A stretch of DNA of 64,000 bases from a virus (IMGVR_UViG_3300036861_000805:1-64000), one strand, 5' to 3'. Counted from the stretch's first letter, positions 1 to 7,251 are shown. Program-made: numbers and translations. The notes: generated by a model from the letters alone, not told the origin.

Positions 1-50
1 GCGCTCATCGGCGGCATGTCCACGACTTCGCCCTTTTTGCTCGCGCTCAT
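1..50 (-). CDS. N-terminus of a gene running off the window (MSASKKGEVVDMPPMSA...); candidate array-associated protein
   Basis: ATG at 50-48 overlaps the TGA of the 47..166 ORF (ATGA); open to window edge. Confidence 0.45.
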   Translation of the reverse strand, partial: MSASKKGEVVDMPPMS

Positions 51-166
51 CCCGAACACCTTTGTCGGTGTAGACAGATGAGAACAGGCTTCCCGCTCTC
101 TGCCTGCGAGACGGTTACGCCTTTCAGCACTTGCAGAATGTTGTCGGGAATCTCGGTGGTAGTCAT
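47..166 (-). CDS. 39-aa hypothetical protein directly downstream of array 1
   Basis: RBS GAAAGGAG then ATG; MTTTEIPDNILQVLKGVTVSQAESGKPVLICLHRQRCSG; translated by hand. Confidence 0.55.
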   Translation of the reverse strand: MTTTEIPDNILQVLKGVTVSQAESGKPVLICLHRQRCSG

Positions 167-176
167 GGGGCTCCTT

Positions 177-872
177 TCGATCGCTCGTACTTCACGGTTG
201 GCTCAACGGCGACGGCTCGCTCTTCCACGACGGTTGGCTCCAGATCCACGGCTCGCTCGATACTGACGGTGTTCTCAACGGCGACGGCTCGCTCCGTAGA
301 TACGGATGTCTCCCGTAGTACGGCTCGCTCTAGTTCCACGGGTGGCGCCAAGTGGGCGGCTCGCTTCCACGTCTCGGTTTGCTCAGCATCGACGGCTCGC
401 TCGGTCCTGACGGGTTGACTCTCCTTCCCCGCCTCGCTTCGCTGCTTCGGGTGACGCCAGCTTCTCGGCCTCGCTCATTCATCCCGGGCATCTCTCTGCA
501 CGCGGCTCGCTCCCAACCTTCGGTTTGCTCAACATCGACGGCTCGCTCCCAGTTCTCGGATGGCTCTGGGAGGACGGCTCGCTCGGGCGCTACGGGTGAC
601 GCGCTGATCGCGGCTCGCTCATGTACCTCGGGTGACTCCCGAAGTACGGCTCGCTCGTCATCGCCGGGTATCTCCAGCGCGTCGGCTCGCTCGCGCCGGA
701 CGGTTGTCACGCTCGATACGGCTCGCTCTTCGGAAGAGGGTGACTCGCGCAGCGCGGCTCGCTCACTCCAGACGGTTGTCACGTTTGCGACGGCTCGCTC
801 AGGGTTGATGGTGGTCTCGCTGGCTTCGACTCGCTCACCCGCCACGGGCGTCTCAATTCTCACGACTAGCGG
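177..872 (-). ncRNA. TIGR-like dual-repeat guide RNA array 1, 19 units of 36 nt
   Basis: + strand block CGGCTCGCTC (some variant) at 213,249,285,321,357,393,430,466,503,539,575,611,647,683,719,755,791,827 with degenerate ends at 177 and 863; second block CGGDTGDCTC-like midway; 8-nt variable segments between. Confidence 0.88.
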
Positions 873-1039
873 CGCCGCTCGACTGCATCTTGGAGCGCGC
901 CCAGCGCGTTCCCCAGATCGTTCGAGATAGGTTCCGGTTCGGAGGCGAGCATGGCTTCCAGAACGTCGCAGACGAGATGCTTCACTTTCCACCAGCGGTA
1001 GAGCTGGAAGCGGCGCAGGCGAAGCACCCAGTCGTTCAT
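866..1039 (-). CDS. hypothetical protein between arrays (MNDWVLRLRR...)
   Basis: ATG at 1039 overlaps stop of 1036..1317. Confidence 0.6.
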   Translation of the reverse strand: MNDWVLRLRRFQLYRWWKVKHLVCDVLEAMLASEPEPISNDLGNALGALQDAVERRR

Positions 1040-1317
1040 TCGGCGGAATCTGCGTAGTCGGCGGAGATGCCTGGCGCGGATGCAGGCTCGGCCTCCCGGA
1101 TCAGCGCCTGCTGGGAAACCATCACTGTGAAGCTGCGAGTACAAATATCCGCGCTCTCGAGAAGTACGCGCTCTTCGACGCGCACTGTGCGCGAAGACAT
1201 GAAGGTGCCTTCCGCCGGAAGCGTGTCGACGGCCGCGGAGAAGGCCTGGTCGCGGTCATCGAAGCGCTCGCCGGAGTCCTTTCCCGGCAAGATGACTTCC
1301 CAGTACGTGCGTCTCAT
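1036..1317 (-). CDS. hypothetical protein between arrays
   Basis: 93-aa ORF, RBS-like GAAAGGAAAAG upstream. Confidence 0.7.
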   Translation of the reverse strand: MRRTYWEVILPGKDSGERFDDRDQAFSAAVDTLPAEGTFMSSRTVRVEERVLLESADICTRSFTVMVSQQALIREAEPASAPGISADYADSAE

Positions 1318-2426
1318 CGCTTTTCCTTTCGCTTCGGGTCCGGGCGCACGGAGCGCTCAGGGGAGGGAATGTGGATGCGCATATGCTTGCCCTTCGGCAG
1401 TGGATGCACTTTCCCGCAGAGCTTGCATATCGTCCCCGCCGGCGCAGTGGCAAGGCAAGTGCTGCGGCGAGTCTTGGTTCGCTCCAGCGATACGGATGGC
1501 TCAGCAGGCTCGGCTCGCTCACCGAGTGCGGGTTTCTCTCCGTCTTCGGCTCGCTCGTGCGCGACGGGTGGCTCGGCGTAGGTGGCTCGCTCTTCCATGG
1601 CGGGTGGCTCTCGACCCGCGGCTTGCTCGCTTCGGACGGGTGCCTCCAGTCGCACGGCTCGCTCATTCGCGACGGATGGCTCGGCACCGGCGGCTCGCTC
1701 GCCAGGAGTGGGTGACTCTCCTTTATCGGCTCGCTCCCGTCGGCCAGGTGACTTCGCTGGTACGGCTCGCTCTCTCGTGTCGGATGCCTCACCATCGACG
1801 GCTCGCTCACTTGTCGCGGATGACTCAGCACAGACGGCTCGCTTCCGCTGGACGGGTGACTCCGCACTGACGGCTTGCTCCATAGATACGGGTGACTCCC
1901 GACGTCCGGCTCGCTCGCATGTCGCGGGTGACTCCTTTCCTTCGGCGCGCTCACAGCCTGCGGGTGACTCACTATCAGCGGCTCGCTCCTCACAGTCGGA
2001 TGACTCCTCTACTACGGCTCGCTCTGGACTCACGGATTGCTCTCGCATCCCGGCTCGCTCGGCGACCCCGGGTGATTTCTCAGCGGCGGCTTGCTCCTTA
2101 GTCTCGGACGACTCAACTTCGACGGCTCGCTCGTGCTGGAGGGATGGCTCCTGCTTCTCAACTCGCTCTTCGGCTTCGGATGCCTCGCGAAAAACGGCTC
2201 GCTCTGCTTCAACGGGTGGCTTCCTCGAGGTGGCTCGCTTGCAGGCGACGGATGACTCTCTCGGCTCGGCTCGCTCCCAATGGACGGATGACTCCGCGTC
2301 GTCGGCTTGGCTGGCCCTAGCCCCGCCCGGGGAGGCAGGGGCTAGGCCAGCTTTCTCGGGCGCGGGTGCGGCAGGTGGAGTGGGCTCCGCGCCCGATTCT
2401 TCGAGCAGATCGTCGAATTCGTTCAC
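1314..2426 (-). CDS. possible 370-aa ORF reading through array 2 (E-R-A 12-aa repeats, C-terminal CxxCxxxH)
   Basis: GTG at 2426 overlaps upstream TGA; its TGA overlaps ATG at 1317; no internal stop; may be partly a shadow of the RNA array. Confidence 0.4.
   Translation of the reverse strand: MNEFDDLLEESGAEPTPPAAPAPEKAGLAPASPGGARASQADDAESSVHWERAEPRESSVACKRATSRKPPVEAERAVFREASEAEERVEKQEPSLQHERAVEVESSETKEQAAAEKSPGVAERAGMREQSVSPERAVVEESSDCEERAADSESPAGCERAEGKESPATCERAGRRESPVSMEQAVSAESPVQRKRAVCAESSATSERAVDGEASDTRERAVPAKSPGRRERADKGESPTPGERAAGAEPSVANERAVRLEAPVRSEQAAGREPPAMEERATYAEPPVAHERAEDGEKPALGERAEPAEPSVSLERTKTRRSTCLATAPAGTICKLCGKVHPLPKGKHMRIHIPSPERSVRPDPKRKEKR
1475..2312 (-). ncRNA. TIGR-like dual-repeat guide RNA array 2, 23 units of exactly 36 nt
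   Basis: Edge block every 36 nt from 1475 to 2303 with no indel; sense consensus GAGCGAGCCG-N8-GAGTCA(C/T)CCG-N8. Confidence 0.9.
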
Positions 2427-2662
2427 CTGATCTGCCGCAGCTGGAACTTTCCATGCTGGCGCCTGAGCCATCTGATGTGTTCCAGCAGCTCCTTGACTTC
2501 CCGGTTGCGCTGTTCGGCTTCGCCGAGCATGCAGTTGAGCTTGTGCCAGCGCCAGGGTTTGTGGCGCAGCTTTTTCATCACGGGAATGGCTTGCTCGTTC
2601 TCGTGTAGAAGGGCTTGGCAATGTCTGAGCAGTCTGAGGCGTGCCTCTACGAGCTCATCCAC
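2423..2662 (-). CDS. hypothetical protein
   Basis: 79-aa ORF overlapping the RHH gene end. Confidence 0.6.
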   Translation of the reverse strand: MDELVEARLRLLRHCQALLHENEQAIPVMKKLRHKPWRWHKLNCMLGEAEQRNREVKELLEHIRWLRRQHGKFQLRQIR

Positions 2663-2840
2663 GATCGGTCTCGGCCTTGCGCACCCAGGCGTCGATCATG
2701 CTGTTCAGGATTTCCTGCATCGTGCGCCCGTCGTAGGCGAGCGCGACCTTGAGCCGGCGGTGCAGGGAGGCGGGCATGCGGAAGGTGACCTGCTGCAGGG
2801 GCTCGGTAGCGGGGGATTCAGATACCTCGGTATCGGGCAT
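2655..2840 (-). CDS. ribbon-helix-helix DNA-binding protein (ParG/CopG-like)
   Basis: QQVTFRMPASLHRRLKVALAYDGRTMQEILNSMIDAWV fits the RHH pattern; start taken at ATG 2840. Confidence 0.75.
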   Translation of the reverse strand: MPDTEVSESPATEPLQQVTFRMPASLHRRLKVALAYDGRTMQEILNSMIDAWVRKAETDRG

Positions 2841-2900
2841 TCGAGATACCGTAGCAGTTGGGTATTGAGATTTCAAGGTATCTGGGTATGTAGGGTGTTT
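2821..2900. promoter_or_regulatory. 8-bp-phased GGTAT/GATAC repeats, probable RHH operator
   Basis: GGTAT at 2829,2861,2877,2885 and GATACC at 2821,2845, all in one 8-bp phase. Confidence 0.5.
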
Positions 2901-3090
2901 GGTGGAAATATGGTGTGTGTAGAGCGGGAGTTCGCGCTCCCCCTTCAAGCGGCCGGGCTCATCGGGAGCAGCGGAGATCGAGACTGCCCAAGGCAGCATC
3001 GGGGCGCGCCGACGGCGCAGTCCCGGGAGTCGTTATCAGACTGATAACTCCAGGCCTGGAGCGGGCTGGGGAGGATTCCCTCCTAGAGAC

Positions 3091-3119
3091 TTGACAGATG
3101 ATAGGTGAGGCCTCATACT
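3091..3119 (+). promoter_or_regulatory. sigma70-type early promoter
   Basis: TTGACA-17 nt-CATACT. Confidence 0.7.
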
Positions 3120-3276
3120 AGGCAGGCAGCACGGAGCGAGCCGACTACCTTCGGGGACGAGTCCGAGGGATCTTCCCTCACTAGGAACCACCGAGGCGGG
3201 CAGACTCCAGGAACCTTGAAAACTCCAGTTCGCGAGGCTCCCACTAGGGGACTACTCCCCTGGAAACGGAGTCACA

Positions 3277-4071
3277 ATGAGCAAGACTGACGTCCTGACT
3301 GCCGAGCAGGAGACTGCCGAGCAGTCAGCACAGGCCGAGACCGAGCAGAACGAGGCACTCGTCCCGCTCGAACGGGCGATCACCTCCGACATGGAGCGGA
3401 TCGACCGTGCCGAGTCCATGGTCGGACGCCTCTTCACCCGCGTCGGCATTCGTGTAGACAAGGGTGCATTCCGCGTCTCTGACTACGGGCGCGATTGGCG
3501 AGTCTGGGCACGGCCGCTCGTGGGCCGTTCCGACTCGATCCTGTACAAGGTCCGGCAGGCGGGAGCGATCGCCCGAGTCCTCGGATTCGAGGAGACCGCG
3601 AAGCCTGAGGACCTGCCCGGCTACCTGACCCTCGTCCCCTTCTACGCGGTCATCAAGACCGCAAAGACGGACAAGGAGCGAGGGAAGGCGGAGGACAAGA
3701 TCCGCCGCGCGTGGGCGTCGCTCACGAGTGGGGGAACCTTCCCGACACAGGAGCAGGCGCAGGCGAAGGCAGACGCCATCGTCGGGCGGATCCGCCAGGC
3801 ACAGGAGAACGGTGCCGATACCGACCCCGACTCGGAGGAGACTCCGCAGTCTGGTGCGGAGGCTCAGGAGAAGGACTCCCCCGCGGAGATGGTCCGTTTG
3901 GATCCGGCCGCGGTCGAGGCCACTCGAAAGCATCTCGTCCCGTTCTTCAGGCAATGGCACAACGAGTACGGCGTGGAGGAGACCGCTGCCAAGGCGATCA
4001 TGTCTGCCACGCTGCGGCTCGTCGGGTCCGACGGACCCGGCCGGGACCTGATCGAAGCGGCGATCGGCTAA
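3277..4071 (+). CDS. hypothetical protein, first gene of the rightward arm
   Basis: 264-aa ORF, GGAG RBS. Confidence 0.8.
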   Translation: MSKTDVLTAEQETAEQSAQAETEQNEALVPLERAITSDMERIDRAESMVGRLFTRVGIRVDKGAFRVSDYGRDWRVWARPLVGRSDSILYKVRQAGAIARVLGFEETAKPEDLPGYLTLVPFYAVIKTAKTDKERGKAEDKIRRAWASLTSGGTFPTQEQAQAKADAIVGRIRQAQENGADTDPDSEETPQSGAEAQEKDSPAEMVRLDPAAVEATRKHLVPFFRQWHNEYGVEETAAKAIMSATLRLVGSDGPGRDLIEAAIG

Positions 4072-4151
4072 TGATCGTCGCCGCAGTCATCATCACGCTG
4101 TTTGCACTGATCGCGCTGCCCATGCTGGGCGTCGCGATTCTGTCCAGGTAG
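4071..4151 (+). CDS. small membrane peptide
   Basis: MIVAAVIITLFALIALPMLGVAILSR; TAATG coupling. Confidence 0.5.
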   Translation: MIVAAVIITLFALIALPMLGVAILSR

Positions 4152-4183
4152 TTCACCGAGTCTCGCGAGCGGAGTTTTCAGAC

Positions 4184-4214
4184 AGGGCCCCGGGAGACCG
4201 GGGCCCTTCTCTTT
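4184..4214 (+). terminator. intrinsic terminator
   Basis: AGGGCCCCGG-GAGA-CCGGGGCCCT followed by TCTCTTT. Confidence 0.65.
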
Positions 4215-4334
4215 GGTCCGGCCGGATTCCCCTGAGCGGAGCGGCTCGAGCTCGAGCCCTGGCGATCCCTGATCCTCGCGCGCGCGGATAGAAAGGTGTC
4301 CCTCGCGCGCACGCGTCACGCGGCGATGCGAAAC

Positions 4335-4364
4335 TTGACACGTCAAGGATACGGCAGCGACAAT
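4335..4364 (+). promoter_or_regulatory. sigma70-type promoter
   Basis: TTGACA-18 nt-GACAAT. Confidence 0.55.
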
Positions 4365-4441
4365 GTAGAGAGCCGTCGTGCGCCTCTCGCGCACGCGGCG
4401 ACCTGGGATTCTCAGTGTGAGAATCCGGAAAGGAGGCGACG

Positions 4442-4573
4442 ATGATCGCTCTGGCGATCCTCGGCACAGCCGCCTACGCCTGGACTGTCTGGTACCTCGT
4501 CGACTGGCGCCGGCAGTCTCGACGCGAGGAGTGGGCGGACCGCTTCGCCCGCTATTCGCTGCGCGTCTGGTGA
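4442..4573 (+). CDS. small membrane protein
   Basis: AAAGGAGG RBS; MIALAILGTAAYAWTVWYLVDWRR... Confidence 0.65.
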   Translation: MIALAILGTAAYAWTVWYLVDWRRQSRREEWADRFARYSLRVW

Positions 4574-4737
4574 GACGCGAGGCTATGGCGGCCTGCCTTC
4601 GCGCGCGGGACGCCTGGCAGCGAGCCGGACGTCCTGGCGCGGAGGAGCAGCTCGAGCTGTTCCCGGTCCATGTCTGGCGGCGACGCGAGGCCGATCGCGG
4701 GCACTTGGCTGATCGGCCGCATAAGCGCAGGCGCTAG
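4570..4737 (+). CDS. hypothetical protein
   Basis: GTGA coupling to previous gene. Confidence 0.5.
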   Translation: MRREAMAACLRARDAWQRAGRPGAEEQLELFPVHVWRRREADRGHLADRPHKRRR

Positions 4738-4833
4738 CCCTGCGGGTCGTCCCCCGGGAGGGGGATGCGCCCGGAGTGCTGGACACGGATTCTCAGACTG
4801 AGAATTCGGCCGCGCTCCAGAGAGGAGTTTCCG

Positions 4834-5058
4834 ATGAGCCCCGACGAAGAGGAACGCGTCGAACGCTGGCACGCGGAGTGCTTCGTCAACCTCGGGTTCA
4901 ACGGGTCACAGGTCGTCACCCTGCTCAACTGGGGAGTCGATCCGCACGAAGCGGCGCGACTGACCGAGCGCGGCTGTCCGCACGAGACTGCGATGCGGAT
5001 TCTCGTCCCGCTCGACGCGGCCTACGTGGCTCCGCTTGAGCTCGTGAGGTCCTTCTAG
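4834..5058 (+). CDS. conserved hypothetical protein (Thermoleophilia-like family)
   Basis: RBS GAGGAG; ERVERW...VDPHEAARLTERGCPHETAMRIL; family link is from recall. Confidence 0.7.
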   Translation: MSPDEEERVERWHAECFVNLGFNGSQVVTLLNWGVDPHEAARLTERGCPHETAMRILVPLDAAYVAPLELVRSF

Positions 5059-5124
5059 CCCTGCCGCTCCTCGCGCACGCCGCGGGGGGCGGGAGTGCTA
5101 CGCGCTCCGGAAAGGAGGCCACTC

Positions 5125-5379
5125 ATGGCCACTATCACCGACCGCACGAGCCCGCTCGTCGCCGTCCATCACGCCCTCGCCGGCGGTTGCTTTCGCGTCC
5201 GTCTGACGCAGGAGTCACGCGAGCGTGCGCCCGGGGCACGCGTGGGCGTCGTCCTGGACGATGAGGACACGCCGATCGGCTCGGCGAACGACTGGCTCTA
5301 CCAGGGAAGCGGATTCTCCGTCTGGACGCGTCCCTTCGCCGGCTTCGTCCCGCTCGAGCAGATCGAGTTCGTGTTGTAG
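5125..5379 (+). CDS. hypothetical protein
   Basis: AAAGGAGG RBS, ATG 5125. Confidence 0.7.
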   Translation: MATITDRTSPLVAVHHALAGGCFRVRLTQESRERAPGARVGVVLDDEDTPIGSANDWLYQGSGFSVWTRPFAGFVPLEQIEFVL

Positions 5380-5450
5380 CCCTGTGGGTCGAGTCTCAGC
5401 CTGAGAACCGGCCCAGAGCGCTATCCGGCGCTCGGAAAGGAGATACAGCG

Positions 5451-5699
5451 ATGAAAGCTTTCATCGCGCTTATCCTCGTCGTCGCATTCGGGCTCGCGCT
5501 CGCACGCGCCTGGGACTACGAGCAGAGCCGCTACTCGAAGCTTGAGACGCGACTCGTCCAGCTCGAGGTCCACGACTGTGGGCTCACGCAGTACGAGGAC
5601 CTCAGCATCGAGTTCCAGCGTGATGACGACATGAGGTTTGCGTGCGCCGCACTCATGCGCGGCAGTCCCGCTGGCGGGACTGAGCTTGACACGCCCTAG
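5451..5699 (+). CDS. membrane-anchored/secreted hypothetical protein
   Basis: RBS; hydrophobic N-terminus. Confidence 0.7.
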   Translation: MKAFIALILVVAFGLALARAWDYEQSRYSKLETRLVQLEVHDCGLTQYEDLSIEFQRDDDMRFACAALMRGSPAGGTELDTP

Positions 5700-5810
5700 G
5701 GTAAGGCTGGATGCTGCTGTTGTGCCCCTGGGACTGCGGTTTCAGGGGCACTTCGGGAGGCTCCGGCCTCCGGTTCTCAGACTGAGAACCGTCCGCGCGA
5801 AAGGAGTCCA

Positions 5811-5984
5811 ATGTCCACGCAGGAAGCGCCGCTCGCCAGAGGCGACCGCGTTGTTCTCGTCTCTGACGAGACGCGCCGCTACAAGGGCACGGTCGTCGAC
5901 GACGAGTACGTCGGGCGCAAGTTCGTTCGTTGGGATAACGGGCGCACTTGGATCTACACGAACAACGAGTTGCGCCGCGTCTAG
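5811..5984 (+). CDS. small SH3-like beta protein
   Basis: AAAGGAG RBS; MSTQEAPLARGDRVVLV...KGTVV...FVRWDNG. Confidence 0.65.
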   Translation: MSTQEAPLARGDRVVLVSDETRRYKGTVVDDEYVGRKFVRWDNGRTWIYTNNELRRV

Positions 5985-6065
5985 GCGCTGCGCGTCCCGC
6001 CGTCGCGTCTCCCCCCTCGGACGGGCGGCGGGGCGCGGAGCCCCTGGCTCCGGAAAGGAGAGATC

Positions 6066-6248
6066 ATGACTAGCACGCTTCGTCGCCGGATACGCGTCGA
6101 GAGAGATCTGCGCGTCCGCGCACGTCTCGCCGAGGTCTCGTTCTGCCGTGCCTGCGACATGCCGCACGAGTACGGGCAGCTCTGCGATCTGTGCGAGAGC
6201 AGACGCCTGCACCGCAAGGCAACCCGCACGGTTGCGCGTCCCGTATAG
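6066..6248 (+). CDS. small zinc-binding protein
   Basis: RBS; CRAC...CDLC. Confidence 0.65.
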   Translation: MTSTLRRRIRVERDLRVRARLAEVSFCRACDMPHEYGQLCDLCESRRLHRKATRTVARPV

Positions 6249-6426
6249 GCGGGGCGCGGAGTCGTCCGATTCCCCGTTTCTCAGACTGAGAATCGGCATA
6301 GAGAGGAGGAGGCACCGGGTACGCAACTACGGCTCACGCGAGGAGGCACAAGCCCTGGCACGCGAGCACGGTGCCAAGTACATCGAGAACTGATTCTCAG
6401 TCTGAGAATCGGAGGAAGGAGGAGCA

Positions 6427-6636
6427 ATGAAGCCGTACGTCGATCTCACGATCAACGCTGGGACTCTCCGCTCGATGACCGACGAGCAGTTCCACGCGCT
6501 GCGGGACAACGTTCTCGCGGATGGAAAATGGGAGACCGTTGACGGCCCGCTTCGCATCGACGGAGGCGAGTACCTGGGCGTCTACCTGCCCAACATCTTC
6601 ATCGGCATCGAGAAGGACGGATACACGCACTCGTAA
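6427..6636 (+). CDS. hypothetical protein
   Basis: GGAGGAG RBS; ends IFIGIEKDGYTHS. Confidence 0.75.
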   Translation: MKPYVDLTINAGTLRSMTDEQFHALRDNVLADGKWETVDGPLRIDGGEYLGVYLPNIFIGIEKDGYTHS

Positions 6637-6647
6637 AGGAGGATCTG

Positions 6648-7013
6648 ATGGATCTGTACTGCCCACACTGCGGCGAGCCCTGGGATTTCGACTCGCTGCA
6701 TGACGAGGCGCAAGCCGAGTACGGCGTGCCGTACTACATCGAGGACGATCCCTACGGATCGCTCAAGGCTCGCGTCAAGAACACGGCCTACGACTCGGAC
6801 GCCTACGACAAGGTGTTCCAGCGGGTGAGGAAGGAGTTCCAGCGCATCGGCTGCGGGGTGTTCGCGTCGTTCGGTGCGAAGTGCTCGACGCCCTCTACGG
6901 AAGTCGATCGCACGTTCGGGCTCACGCGCCAGGAGGCCGCAGGCGCGTTGTACGACTTGCTCGGCGACGACATGGACGGCGCAGCCGCCATGCTCGACGA
7001 CATGGGGTACTGA
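6648..7013 (+). CDS. hypothetical protein with CxxC
   Basis: RBS; MDLYCPHCGEPWD. Confidence 0.8.
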   Translation: MDLYCPHCGEPWDFDSLHDEAQAEYGVPYYIEDDPYGSLKARVKNTAYDSDAYDKVFQRVRKEFQRIGCGVFASFGAKCSTPSTEVDRTFGLTRQEAAGALYDLLGDDMDGAAAMLDDMGY

Positions 7014-7098
7014 CCGCTGCGCGTCACTCATTCACTTTCTGAATGAGTGCGCGCGGAGTCGTCATCCCGGCGCTCCACGACAGCGAAAGGAGTCCGCT

Positions 7099-7251
7099 AT
7101 GTCTACCACGGCTTCCGATCTTCCCGGCAAGACCGGGCCCGAGATCGCCGCGCTCGTCAAGGGCGGGGAGATCTCGCAGAAGGATGCGGAGAAGTTCGTC
7201 GGCGATCGCGCGGTACGCAAGCTCCGCTCGGCGCTCGACAAGCTGGCATAG
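7099..7251 (+). CDS. hypothetical protein
   Basis: GAAAGGAG RBS, ATG 7099. Confidence 0.65.
   Translation: MSTTASDLPGKTGPEIAALVKGGEISQKDAEKFVGDRAVRKLRSALDKLA

Larger units (their letters stand above)
4734..7064 (+). repeat. six structurally conserved intergenic hairpins (...CTG-stem-GAG... with G.G mismatch)
   Basis: 4734-4782, 5056-5100, 5377-5423, 5981-6047, 6228-6265, 7011-7064; stems differ in sequence but keep pairing. Confidence 0.75.

Noticed and set aside
177-2312. CRISPR array
   Set aside because: Conserved blocks are 10 nt of two alternating types and variable parts only 8 nt; no cas genes seen
163-2430. ORF-track repeat proteins in other frames (TARS, SEP, RLA repeats; 330..992, 163..351, 1256..1993, 1582..2430)
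   Set aside because: Translations of the 36-nt nucleotide period, lacking RBS or coupling; array 1 frames are broken by indels and a stop
3134-3143. Single GAGCGAGCCG edge block in the early leader
   Set aside because: No loop block 18 nt on; one GC-rich 10-mer is expected by chance in this length
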